DNA of 64,000 nt, from NCBI GenBank assembly GCA_963737635.1, contig CAVTTL010000001.1:1504001-1568000 (forward strand), read 5' to 3'. The stretch comes from an uncultured Methanoregulaceae archaeon (GTDB lineage: Archaea > Halobacteriota > Methanomicrobia > Methanomicrobiales > Methanospirillaceae). A program made the translations under genes and the position numbers. Below, piece after piece: positions 9,917-20,378 of this stretch (its first letter is position 1; every line of letters begins with the position of its first letter). The notes beneath the pieces were generated by a model. It did not search any database. It was not told the origin of the DNA and saw only the letters and a program-made list of their open reading frames with translations.

Positions 9917-10055
9917 CGGTAATCTCATTGCGCCCTGCGGGATGAACTGTGGTATCTGTAAGGTGCATTTACGCCGGAATAATTCTTGTCCCGGGTGAAA
10001 TTCGGTAACACTCGACTAGCCCAAAAGCCGGGTGCAGTGCTGGTTGCTACTGTGT
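9897..10055 (+). pseudogene. DUF3795-like Cys-rich protein remnant
   Basis: Translates MQTAKCDGNLIAPCGMNCGIC...SCPG*NSVTLD*PKSRVQC. LIAPCGxNCxxC is the DUF3795-type start. In-frame TGA at 9996 and TAG at 10017, then truncated. Confidence 0.7.
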
Positions 10056-10075
10056 CCAATGGCTCTTCTCTCTCT

Positions 10076-10678
10076 TTATAACGGTGCCACAGAGACATTC
10101 ATGACTGTCAGGTTAAAGGATTCATGTGTGACCGCATAATCCGGCCGGTAGTTGAACACATAGTCGTCCATCTCGAGCATAAATCCCGAAATGCCATGGG
10201 GGGTGATCGTCACCGTTTCGTAGGCCGTCGCCCGTGGCAGGCTTGGGGGATAGGCCCCGATTATTTCGCCTCTCATGACAACCTGCAGCGGATAGGAAGA
10301 GAGGGATTGGATGACTCCCGAGATTGTAATGTTTCCTTTAGTAATAACTCCCTGGTCATCGAAAGAAAGCGGAAAGATCTGGGTACCTACGCCGTAGACG
10401 TAGATGGAAGACATCGTAGGGGACGGGATGGGTTTTGTCGTCAGCGTCGCGATCGGCTCTGGTACTGGGGTTGCCGTAACAGTCGTGGCGGATGGTTGTG
10501 GTGGAGGTGTGATATTCTCGGTAACGGGCGAAGGTGTTGGTGTTGTGGTGACAACCACCGGGGAGACCGTCGGTGGGCTTGTGGTATTTCCGGCGGGTTG
10601 TGAAGAGGTACACCCGGCCGAAAGAATGACTAGGATAATGAGTACCCCGGGAAGAAGCCACATCTTTTTCTGGTCCAT
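10076..10678 (-). CDS. Predicted lipoprotein with Pro/Thr-rich linker
   Basis: Signal peptide with lipobox-like LSAGCT, then a PT-rich stretch and a small beta domain. Confidence 0.8.
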   Translation of the reverse strand: MDQKKMWLLPGVLIILVILSAGCTSSQPAGNTTSPPTVSPVVVTTTPTPSPVTENITPPPQPSATTVTATPVPEPIATLTTKPIPSPTMSSIYVYGVGTQIFPLSFDDQGVITKGNITISGVIQSLSSYPLQVVMRGEIIGAYPPSLPRATAYETVTITPHGISGFMLEMDDYVFNYRPDYAVTHESFNLTVMNVSVAPL

Positions 10679-10868
10679 GATATCCTCTTAAGTCCTTCCG
10701 GAGGGAAAACCGTTGTGGCCGTGATATGTTTCAGGATCGCTCAAGCCTTGGAAAAGGACCCATGAAAAACGTGAATTGCGATTCAAGCAGAAAAATCCCG
10801 CAGAACAAAAGAACCGGTCTCGTGCTAACAGCTAAAGACATATAAAATCAGGTAACGTATGCTTTACA

Positions 10869-11117
10869 ATGCCACCCTATATGATGTATCACACGCATTC
10901 GTTTACCGGGGCCATTCTGATGATCGCAATCTGGGTCGTCCAGCTGCTCATCGCGTTTCTCATCTACCGGGATGCAAAAGAACAGAAGATGCTTGCCCCC
11001 GTCTGGACCGTTCTTGCCATCCTCCCCATCTTCGGGTACCTAGTCGATGTGCTCTATCTGATTATCCGGGAACTCAGGCCCTCCCGGAAGATCGAAAACC
11101 CGCCTGCATCTTTGTAA
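10869..11117 (+). CDS. Small two-TM membrane protein (PLDc_N-like)
   Basis: Pattern IYRDAKEQKM...WTVLAILPIFG...LYLII. Confidence 0.7.
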   Translation: MPPYMMYHTHSFTGAILMIAIWVVQLLIAFLIYRDAKEQKMLAPVWTVLAILPIFGYLVDVLYLIIRELRPSRKIENPPASL

Positions 11118-11150
11118 ATCAAAGGAAGCAGACCGGACTTTACCCCTATT

Positions 11151-12384
11151 TTATCTGAGTCTCTTTACTTTCATCATCGCGATAATGCCGGCTACTGAAG
11201 GGAGTGCAGTACTGACAAGCGCTCCCCGCCACCCAATAACCGGCACAAGAATTTCGGTAACCACGGGTGCGCAAAGAGCGGTGAGCCCGACCATCAGATT
11301 CAGGATGCCGGATGCAGGACCGGGCATATTCCGGGCCGATGATCTCCCGCGGCGAGGCAAAGACCATTGCCGGCGTCATCCCCCACACGATCCCAAGGAC
11401 GATAAAAAAGAATACCCATAGCAGGAGATCCCGGCCAAGGAAGAATATCACCGGGCAGAGCAGGAGACCCGCCCCCATCGATACAAGGATGAAGATCTTC
11501 CGCGTTCGGTATCTGTCCGACACCATACCAGTGATAGGCGCTGCCCAGATGATCATCGAGACCGGGAGGATCGCGAGTACGGATGCCGTAAAGAGATTAA
11601 ATCCGAGAACCGTGGTGAAATAGGCGGGTGCAAGTGAGGTAACTCCGAGCAGGTAATAGTTGAGTGCGAACCACGCGACTGCGATGAGCCATACTTCGCG
11701 ATCGAGAAATGCAGACCTGAGGCAGTCATGGCGAAGGCAGACCGCACGCTCATCGGCGAAATGCCCTTTGTCCCACACGCCGGCGTCCGCCGGTTGTTTT
11801 GCAAGAATCGTCCAGAGAACCAGGGATGTGACCGCAAAGATAACGGAGAACCACAGGACAGAGATCCAGCCGTATGAAGCGATAAGGGCCGGCGCAAGTA
11901 CGAAGACGAGCAATCCTGAAAGCGGGAGTGTTGTCGACCAGATCCCTGTTGCAAGGCCCATCTCGGTCTTCCGGAACCAGACAGAGAAAGCACTTACCGG
12001 CCATGTGAATGCCATCCCAAAGCCCAGGCCCGCGATGAACCGGCCGACGAAGATTCCCCAAAAGGTCGGGAACCCTGCTGTGATGACGGCGCCAATAAGA
12101 ATAGTTCCAAGACAGACCATTCCCGCCAATTTCCAGCTGAGCCGGGGAGAGAGAATCGCAAACGGGATTGCCATGACCGAGATGCCGATGCCAAAACTGG
12201 TCAGTGCAGCAAACCCCACGTCAGCGAATGATATGCCAAGGAACGCAGTCAGGGCGGGGAAAAGCGGCGGCATTACAAAGAGTGCTATAGGGCCGGTCAT
12301 ACCGGCAAAAAATGCAGCGAAGAGAATTACCCACCGGTACCAGTGATTTCCGATGTCCGGCGTAGATGTCCCCTGTTTATGCAC
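11151..12384 (-). CDS. MFS transporter (frameshift near 11322)
   Basis: About 12 TM segments with GRFIAGLGFG, WFRKTEMGLATG and GMVSDRY. The last two TMs lie in the 11151-11360 frame. Confidence 0.88.
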
Positions 12385-12518
12385 GGTCGTCGTACCATTT
12401 ATATCTTGGTTTGGTGCATGTCGTTAAACCTACGGGAGAAAAGGGGTAAACAAGGGGCAGGAGGGCCAACCCGAGACTGTCTGATTTTTGTATGTCTCTA
12501 AAAAAAGAAAGGGCGGAA

Positions 12519-14202
12519 TTACTGGCTTTTTCTCTGGTTTTCCGTTCTGACGATGAGAGCGCCCACGCCGAGGAGTGCACCAATAGTTACGATGACCGGC
12601 AGCGGCGTGTGCGTTGTAGGCGCCGGTGCAGGAACAAGACTGGCATGGATCGCAACAGTTTGGCCGCTTGACGGCCATTGAGTCACGGCGCCGGTATAGG
12701 GAATGTATCCGGTATTCTCGACCCGGTAGGTCTGGACAGGTGTCGCGGTAGTATAAACGGTCACGAAGAGGACACCGTTGGTGATATTTCCTTCATAGGT
12801 ATTATCGAAATACACCTGAGCACCTTCCACATTGCCATAGACCGCAATGATTCCTTGTCCGGAGCCGATGGGCGGCGGCGACGGATAGAAGGTTGGCGTG
12901 TAGAACGAGGTGTGGCCTGCACTGACTGTTATCCGCTGGGTATCATCGGAGTAGCCGTTCAAGGTTGCTTTCATCACGTAGGTGGCCGGGGCAAGGTTCG
13001 TGATGGTAACTGGCGAAACGCCGTAATACTGGCTGTTCAGGTACATGGAAGCGCCGTCCGGTGTGGACTGCGCAAAGATCGCTCCCACCGGCGACGGGTT
13101 GGGCGAGGGTTGGAGGGCCGGGTAGTACCCCGCTGTCTGGCCCGATGAAACGGTAACCAGCTGTGTCGTGGAGCTATAGCCATTCAGGGCGGCCATCACC
13201 GAATAGGTGCCGGGGTTGAGGTTGTGAACGGTGATCGGCGTGGTCCCGTAATAGACGCCGCTGACATAAATGCTTGCCCCGGCCGGCGTGGACTGCACAA
13301 ATATTGCCCCGGGGGCTACCGGCGGGTTCGGTGAAGGCCGGAGTGATGGGTAATACCCGGTAGTCTGGCCCGGGTACACCGTGACCGTCCGCATATCAGA
13401 ATAATAGCCGCCCAGGACCGCCATCACCGAATAGGTGCCGGGGAAGAGGCTGTTGACGGTAACCGGAGAGTTCCCGTTGACTGTTACCGTTGACGTAGAT
13501 CGTGGCGCCGGCAGGAACGGACTGTGCAAAGATTACGCCGTTATTCATCACCTGGCCGTTTACTGTGATAAGATCGGTCTTGGTAATAGCATCCGAACCG
13601 TTCAAATTGCTGACCGTCAGCGTTACGGTGTAGGTGCCCGGGTCGGTGTACGTGTGTGTTGGGTTCCCGACTGTTGCGGTGGAACCGTCGCCGAAATCCC
13701 AGTACCACATGGTGGGGCTATTGAGTGACGTATCGGTGAAGCTGACTGAGAGCGGCCCGGAACCTTGAGTCGGGGAGGCAGTAAAATCGGCTACAGGTGC
13801 ATACGGACCCGGCATTGGTGAAGTCGTTTCCTCAGTGGTTGGCATGAGCGTCGGCTGCTCAGTTGGCGAAGTTGTTTCCTCAGTAGGATTGAGTGTCGGC
13901 TGCTCAGTTGGTGAAGTTGTCTCCTCAGTAGGGTTGAGCGTAGGTTGTTCAGTCGGTTGAGTTGTTTCCTCAGTAGGATTGAGCGTCGGTTCCTCGGTCG
14001 GGTACGTGACGGGTTCCATCGTCGTTTCTGTGGTCGTTTCTTCTTGGGCTCTGAGAAGCGGCAGGCCTTGTGAAATAACGGTCTGTCCAGTCGAGCCAGT
14101 GTTCGCTATACTCGTATCGCTCATCTGTGTCTCCGCCGATACTACGGACAGGCAGAGCAGGCAAAGCACGAGTGCCAGGAAAAGTACCATCACTTTTTTC
14201 AT
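12519..14202 (-). CDS. Cell-surface glycoprotein: signal peptide, Thr/Pro/Glu repeats, PKD domain, PEGA repeats, C-terminal sorting/TM signal (frameshift near 13478)
   Basis: PKD motif WYWDFGDG...HTYTDPGTYTVTLTV. Repeated IFAQSxPxGAxIY PEGA units. Ends TPLPVIVTIGALLGVGALIVR plus a basic tail. Confidence 0.88.
13815..14001 (-). repeat. 45-bp coding tandem repeat (PTEQPTLNPTEETTS), about 3.5-4 copies
   Basis: Units start at about 13845, 13890, 13935 and 13980 and differ mostly at synonymous positions. Confidence 0.9.
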
Positions 14203-14395
14203 TGTTACATCTCTTTTGTATCACGTGTCTGCAATCCCGCTCCTATATATCCTGCGATAAAAAAATCTCCGGGCACCCTGCGACATAGAATTGCACGCAT
14301 TTTAGGCAGGATATACACACCCGGTAAGAAGGTCTTATGCGGGAGAGGCGCAGATATAAGGATACACGAGAACAGTCGTGTGCGGAAACGCTATC

Positions 14396-14731
14396 ATGAC
14401 CGATACCGGACGAGAAGATCTTAAGGAAAAAGTCCTGTCTATCAACGACCTCGTCGCGTACCAACCCGGCACGGTCGCAAGCCGGATGATCGTCTTTAAA
14501 AAAGCCGGCACGATCACGGTTTTCACCTTTGATGCAGGAGAAGGGCTCTCAGAACATACCGCCCCCTACGACGCAGTGCTCATGGTGACCGAAGGTTCTG
14601 CCGAGGTGCAGATTGCGGGAACGCCGTACACCGTCAAGACCGGCGATATGATCATCCTGCCGGCAAACAAGCCACACGCGGTCTTCGCACACGAACGGTT
14701 CCGGATGATCCTGACGATGATCCGCGAGTAA
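14396..14731 (+). CDS. Cupin domain protein
   Basis: Motifs FDAGEGLSEHTAPYDA and GDMIILPANKPHAV. Confidence 0.92.
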   Translation: MTDTGREDLKEKVLSINDLVAYQPGTVASRMIVFKKAGTITVFTFDAGEGLSEHTAPYDAVLMVTEGSAEVQIAGTPYTVKTGDMIILPANKPHAVFAHERFRMILTMIRE

Positions 14732-14766
14732 AACCCCTGACAGGTCTTTTCCTCTTTACCTGCCGG

Positions 14767-14991
14767 TCACTCAATAAGGGTGATGATTGTTACGGGACAG
14801 AGGTCTGCCGCATCCCGTGCACAGCTGATGCTGTCGGGAAGCGTAATGCTTTTTGCCGGATCGTTGTCTTTCTGGAATGCGGAAACGATCTGGCTGAATG
14901 AATCCTTCTCATTCTGGACAAAGAGCACCGGGCATGCATCCCAGCACGAACCACAGCTCACGCACTGCATCCGGTCAATGGTTACCTTCAT
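14767..14991 (-). CDS. Monocluster ferredoxin
   Basis: MKVTIDRMQCVSCGSCWDACP...AADLCPVTII. Confidence 0.88.
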   Translation of the reverse strand: MKVTIDRMQCVSCGSCWDACPVLFVQNEKDSFSQIVSAFQKDNDPAKSITLPDSISCARDAADLCPVTIITLIE

Positions 14992-15143
14992 ACGATCTCC
15001 TGCATCCGTACTCAGGCTTCGCATGGGGTTTCCTAGCGCAATAAATATTCCAGTCGTACCTAGTATCGACTCCATAAACGTTATTACCACCAAAAGAAAG
15101 ACGGGAGGGCAAAGAAATCCCCCTTGTACTGGAGGGTAATTTC

Positions 15144-17585
15144 TTGCCTGAACCGGAGAAGAAGAACGCAGAACTCAAAATTGCCGGAATGCATTGCGCT
15201 ACCTGTGCGGTTAGCGTGGAAGAAGCGCTTGCCCACGTAAAAGACGTCTCAAAGGCGCAGGTGAATTTCGGGAACGAGACTGCCCGGGTCGAGTTCGATC
15301 CGTTGAAGGTCTCCATCAGGGATCTCGAAAAGGCTGTACGCGATGCAGGTTACGATGTGGCCAACCGGGAGGTGGTAATCCGGGTTGGCGGTATGATGTG
15401 CGCCACCTGCGTCGAGACCATCGAAGCTGCGCTCCGGGCGCTGCCCGGGATTGTTACCGTGACCGTGAACCTCGGGACTGAGCAGGCGTACGTCACCTAT
15501 AACCCGTCACTGTCCTCGGTCGCCGACATGAAGCAGGCAATCGAGGATGCCGGATACCAGTACCTCGGTATTGCCGGGGAACTCAGCGACGAGGCCGAAA
15601 AGGCTGCGCGGGAGTCAGACCTCCACGACAAGCTGATGCGGTTTTCTGTCGGGTTTGCAGTTGCCATCCCGCTCATGGTTCTCATGTGGGTGCCGCTTGG
15701 GATACCCATACAGCTGATGGCCTACGGCATGCTTGTTGTTTCCACGCCGGTCTTTGTGTATGTCGCCTCTCCCATTTTCAGGGCAGCATGGGTATCACTC
15801 AAAAACAGGATCCTCTCCATGGACGTCATGTACGCTATGGGGACCGGGGTGGCGTTTATCGCAAGCGTGATGGGTACGTTCTCGATCGTGCTTACGACAG
15901 AGTACATGTTCTACGATACTGCGATCATGCTCGCTGCGTTCCTTATGCTCGGCCGCTATCTTGAGGCCCGGGCCAAAGGCAGGACTTCGGATGCGATCCG
16001 GAAACTGGCCGGGCTCCAGGCAAAAACCGCGACGATTATTCAGGAAGGAAAAGAGGTCGAGGTAGCGATTGCGGATCTTGTGGTCGGGGACGTTGTTATC
16101 GTTAAGCCCGGAAGCAGGATCCCGGTCGATGGTGTGGTTGTCGCCGGTGAGAGTTACGTGGACGAGGCAATGATTACCGGAGAACCCATCCCGCCCCTGA
16201 GGGCGAAAGGGAGCCGGGTTGTCGGCGGCACGATCAGCACGAACGGCGTCCTCTCGGTAAAAGCGGCAAAGATCGGCCGCGATACGGTGCTCGCGCAGAT
16301 CATTCAGCTTGTAGACGAGGCGCAAGGGTCAAAACCGCCCGTGCAGCGCATCGCTGATGTCGCAGTCATGTATTTTATCCCGGCGGTCCTGGTGATCGCA
16401 GCGTCGGCATTTATCGCGTGGTACTTCGTCCTCCACGCGACTTTGCTCCTCGCTCTTACAGCGCTCATATCGGTACTCGTGGTCGCCTGCCCCTGTGCGC
16501 TTGGCCTTGCTACACCGACGGCGGTTACAGTAGGAGTTGGGCGGGGTGCGGAGATGGGGATCCTGATACGGAGCGGCGAATCACTAGAGGCCGCTGCTTA
16601 CGTAACGACCGTTATCTTTGATAAGACCGGGACGCTGACGAAAGGACGGCCGGAAGTGACCGATCTGGTGGCAACCGGTCTCACGGAAGGTACGCTTCTT
16701 GCCCTTGCCGCAGCAGTTGAGAAAAATTCCTCTCACCCACTCGCGCAGGCCATTGTTCGGGCCGCAGAAAAGCGGGGTACTGTCCTGGAACCGGCAGAGA
16801 CGTTCGATACTCTGGTAGGAAAAGGTGTTGTCGCTGAGGTGCTGGGCGAGCAGGTGCTGGTGGGCAACCGTTCGCTCATGCAGGATTACGGTATCACCGT
16901 CCCGGCCGGCTTCGATGAACGGATCACCGCATTAGAACAAGACGCGAAGACCGTTGTTTTAGTCGCTTCGGACAACGGGATGGTCGGGGTGATCGCGATC
17001 GCGGACACCCTCAAGGAGACCAGCGCAGAAGCAGTCCGCCGTTTCAGGGAACACGGAATTGCCACGCTGATGGTGACCGGTGACAACCGGCGCACGGCGG
17101 AGACCATAGCACGGACGCTTGGTATCGATCGGGTAGTCGCCGAAGTCCTCCCGGATCAGAAGGCGGCAGAGGTAAAAGCCCTGCAGGAAAAGGGGGAAGT
17201 CGTGGCATTCGTCGGTGACGGGATCAACGATGCCCCGGCGCTTGCACAGGCCGATGTCGGGATCGCTCTTGGGAGCGGAACGGATATTGCCATTGAGAGC
17301 GGCGGGATCGTGCTTGTCCGGGACGACCCGGTCGATGCGGTCGCGGCACTTGAACTTGCCAAAAAAGTGATGGGCAGGATCCGGGGTAACATCTTCTGGG
17401 CCTTTGCCTACAACGCCGCCCTGATCCCGGTGGGTGCCGGCGTCCTCTATCCGTTCCTCGGTTTCATGTTCCGGCCGGAACTTGCGGCCCTTGCGATGGC
17501 TGCGAGTTCGGTCACCGTTGTGACCCTCTCGCTTCTTCTCAAAGGATATATACCGGAAGCAAAGAAAGGAGAACAACGGAGTTGA
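15144..17585 (+). CDS. copA: Cu(I)-translocating P1B-1 ATPase
   Basis: Two GMxCxxC HMA domains, TGE, CPC, DKTGT, HP, GDGINDAP, YN and MAASS motifs. Confidence 0.96.
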   Translation: MPEPEKKNAELKIAGMHCATCAVSVEEALAHVKDVSKAQVNFGNETARVEFDPLKVSIRDLEKAVRDAGYDVANREVVIRVGGMMCATCVETIEAALRALPGIVTVTVNLGTEQAYVTYNPSLSSVADMKQAIEDAGYQYLGIAGELSDEAEKAARESDLHDKLMRFSVGFAVAIPLMVLMWVPLGIPIQLMAYGMLVVSTPVFVYVASPIFRAAWVSLKNRILSMDVMYAMGTGVAFIASVMGTFSIVLTTEYMFYDTAIMLAAFLMLGRYLEARAKGRTSDAIRKLAGLQAKTATIIQEGKEVEVAIADLVVGDVVIVKPGSRIPVDGVVVAGESYVDEAMITGEPIPPLRAKGSRVVGGTISTNGVLSVKAAKIGRDTVLAQIIQLVDEAQGSKPPVQRIADVAVMYFIPAVLVIAASAFIAWYFVLHATLLLALTALISVLVVACPCALGLATPTAVTVGVGRGAEMGILIRSGESLEAAAYVTTVIFDKTGTLTKGRPEVTDLVATGLTEGTLLALAAAVEKNSSHPLAQAIVRAAEKRGTVLEPAETFDTLVGKGVVAEVLGEQVLVGNRSLMQDYGITVPAGFDERITALEQDAKTVVLVASDNGMVGVIAIADTLKETSAEAVRRFREHGIATLMVTGDNRRTAETIARTLGIDRVVAEVLPDQKAAEVKALQEKGEVVAFVGDGINDAPALAQADVGIALGSGTDIAIESGGIVLVRDDPVDAVAALELAKKVMGRIRGNIFWAFAYNAALIPVGAGVLYPFLGFMFRPELAALAMAASSVTVVTLSLLLKGYIPEAKKGEQRS

Positions 17586-17589
17586 GATA

Positions 17590-17730
17590 ATGGCAATTGA
17601 TCCGATCTGCGGGATGACCGTCGATGAAAAGACGGCAAAGTTCACCAGCGAGTACAAGGAGAAGAAGTACTATTTCTGCGCCCCGGGCTGCAAGAAGAAA
17701 TTCGACGCCGATCCTGCAAAGTACGCGTGA
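17590..17730 (+). CDS. YHS/TRASH domain metal-binding small protein
   Basis: Translated by hand: MAIDPICGMTVDEKTAKFTSEYKEKKYYFCAPGCKKKFDADPAKYA*, starting 4 nt after copA. Confidence 0.92.
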   Translation: MAIDPICGMTVDEKTAKFTSEYKEKKYYFCAPGCKKKFDADPAKYA

Positions 17731-17890
17731 CTGCAGAAAAGAAAAACCGGGCACACTCTTCCGTGTGACTCCCCGGATCTTTCCCGTTTTTCGTATTTTC
17801 CCTGCTTTTGAATAACCTTGATATACAACTGGCGGCAACGTGTTTACCTGCTAGTCTCACCGGATATACCGAGAAACCCGAGGCGCTCGC

Positions 17891-18493
17891 ATGGCGTTTT
17901 TTATTATCAGCCCTGATCTCTATAACTGGGTCATCCTGCCGACCCTGATCTTCCTTGCGCAGATCGCAAACGTCTGCATGGAGACGCTGCGCATCGTCTT
18001 TCTCTCCAAGGGGATCAAGTACCTTGCCCCGGTCATTGCATTTTTTGAGATCATCATTTGGTTGCTTGCCATAGTCGGCGTGATGAGCAATCTGTCCAAT
18101 GTCGCAAATTTCTTTGCGTATGCCTTTGGGTTTGCGCTGGGGACATACGTTGGCCTTGAAATAGAGGAGAAACTCTCGATTGGCATGGTTATCATGCGCA
18201 TCATCACCACCAATGAGACCCGTGCGGGGATCGCCGGGTTTTTGCAAACCGAACAGTATGGGACCACGGTTCTCGAAGCACAGGGATCACGTGGCGGCGT
18301 GACGATGATCATTTCCCTCGTAAACCGGGACGACGTACCCCGGATCACCCGGTATATCGAAGAGACAAACCCGGATGCATTTTTCTCCATTGAAGACGTG
18401 CGGTATGTCAATCAGGGAGTCTTCCGGCCAAGAAAACGCAACCTCTTTGCCGGCTTTTTACATACCTTGGCAAGGCCGCGGAAGAAGGCTTAA
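17891..18493 (+). CDS. UPF0316/DUF2179 family membrane protein
   Basis: Motifs ETLRIVF, FFEIIIW, AFGFALGTYVG.IEEKL and NPDAFFSIEDVR. Confidence 0.88.
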   Translation: MAFFIISPDLYNWVILPTLIFLAQIANVCMETLRIVFLSKGIKYLAPVIAFFEIIIWLLAIVGVMSNLSNVANFFAYAFGFALGTYVGLEIEEKLSIGMVIMRIITTNETRAGIAGFLQTEQYGTTVLEAQGSRGGVTMIISLVNRDDVPRITRYIEETNPDAFFSIEDVRYVNQGVFRPRKRNLFAGFLHTLARPRKKA

Positions 18494-18634
18494 ACATCCC
18501 GGGATTTCTCAGCCCGGATACAGTATGGGTGTATTATCCGAACGTTTTTCCCTGCTTACACTCTAACTACGCAACAGACGCGAAAGCATATGCGACGTTG
18601 TAGTGGTTTTCCCGGCAGGGACGGTTGAGGGGCC

Positions 18635-19637
18635 ATGAAAACGAATATGCCCCTTGCAAAGCCGATTCGCATGTTCATCAACGAGACTGAGCATATGCTG
18701 GGTACCGAGATTACCCTGCTACGTAAACCGGATACCCCCCCGGGGGGGACGCTCCTCGATGAATATACCTATAACCTCGACAAGAACATCATCATCTTTC
18801 CTGCAAATTATATCGGCTTATTAAAGGATTTTGTCATCGTAAAACAGTGCACGTACCTGCGCATCAAGGGGGCGGCAGCAAAAAAATCCGGGTACCGGAT
18901 CCTCTCGTATACATCCGATTCGGTTTACAGCGGCCTGCGGCAGATCTACCTCGATGCGCTCAAGGATGAGGCAAAGAAGGAAAAAAAGCTCCCGGTCAAC
19001 AAACTCATCGATATGCTGTTTATTCTGTACCGGCAGTTCCTTGAGGATATTAACGAACTTCCCTGGAACCCTATCGTCAATGCCCGGATTTATCACTGCA
19101 TGGAGCAGCTCAGAAAGACCCAGCTTTATATCCTCTTAAAAGACGGCAAGCAGGATATGGACGAAATGACGGATATGATGGATATCATCCCCCGGCGCTA
19201 TTTTGTCCTTGATAAATCCATGTTCTATGCCCGGGACCTCTATCTTGCAAAAATTCTCCCGGCTCGACAAGCTCATGCCGGTGGTTAATATCCCCCAGAT
19301 GAAGAAATTCGACCATCTCGAAGTAAAGGAGATGCTCACGACCCGCTGGACGCATACAGCCTGGTACCAGTCCAAAGTTTTTGGTGATGCGATGCTCACG
19401 ATCATGGAAAAGCATCTGACCGTGGACTGGGGCGCTGCCCCCTCCCTCGATTATTATGCAGACCTCTACCGGGTCGGAGTCGACCTGACAAACACCCTGC
19501 TCACCTTTATGACGATGAAGGACTGGTTTATCTGGGAGAAACCCCAACACCTGATTGATGCAGAAAAGTATGCAGCCACGTATGAGAAAGCGGCCTTGAA
19601 AAAGATCTTTGGAGATCTGATTGAAGACTCGTTATGA
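18635..19637 (+). CDS. Hypothetical all-alpha protein of about 333 aa, possibly a degenerate zincin fold (frameshift near 19262)
   Basis: Two overlapping ORFs (18635-19288 and 19203-19637) join if one base is removed. Confidence 0.75.
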
Positions 19638-19683
19638 TGAATATTCGTAAAAAAACACGGGTACTAATCCCGGGAGATGCGGG

Positions 19684-20145
19684 ATGGCTTCGGTGAGTGA
19701 AGCAGGTCGTCTCCTGAAACGGGCAGAACAGTATGTCCGGCATACTAGGTACAAGGATGCTATTGCCGTGTACGACGAGGCAATCCGGCTTGAACCGAAA
19801 AACGCCGAGGGTTGGTGTGGGCGGGCATCGGCAAAGATAGAGATGGAACTGTTTGCAGAAGCGATCGCGGACTGCGATCAGGCGCTTGCCATCAACCCAA
19901 ATTACGCTGATGCCTGGTCGAAAAAAGGGCTTGCGCTGTTCCAGCTTGAACAATATGTACCGGCGCTCACAGCAGCGACCCGGGCAGTTGCCCTCAACGC
20001 TAACGATGCGACTGCATGGTACGTTAAGGGGATCTGTCTTGAAGAGACCGGGAAGAGCGAAGAAGCAGAGATGGCCTATGCGAAGTCGCTCGAATTGGAG
20101 ATCCTCCTGGATATAAAGGAAGAGAAAAATCGCGTCCGAAAATAA
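19684..20145 (+). CDS. TPR protein
   Basis: About three TPRs (AIRLEPKNAEGW, ALAINPNYADAW, AWYVKG). Confidence 0.9.
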   Translation: MASVSEAGRLLKRAEQYVRHTRYKDAIAVYDEAIRLEPKNAEGWCGRASAKIEMELFAEAIADCDQALAINPNYADAWSKKGLALFQLEQYVPALTAATRAVALNANDATAWYVKGICLEETGKSEEAEMAYAKSLELEILLDIKEEKNRVRK

Positions 20146-20378
20146 AGGCAGGACTGCAACCGGTGCGGCAGGAAGTCCAGCTCCCGCCTCTTCACCAGGA
20201 GGTTTTTTCCGCTAAACAAATCGCCACCGAACTCTTCCGTAAAACAGGGATATACCTTTTTCAAAACCATTTGGCAGATAGAAGGATCGGAATCCTGCCT
20301 TTTTGCTGCTAGTTTATGTCATCTTCGATATCCTTATAAAAAGAGAAACTAATCACATCGCATTACGGAAGGTTTTGT

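Noticed and set aside
9996-10019. Selenocysteine (TGA at a Cys position) or pyrrolysine (TAG) recoding in the DUF3795-like frame
   Set aside because: The frame is also truncated, no SECIS-like element is evident, and Sec/Pyl decoding is not established for Methanomicrobiales.
5570-11150. Integron-like cassette array of small accessory genes
   Set aside because: Genes are in mixed orientation and I found no repeated attC structures.
13815-14001. CRISPR-like repeat array
   Set aside because: The units are contiguous with no unique spacers, keep the reading frame and vary mostly at synonymous sites.
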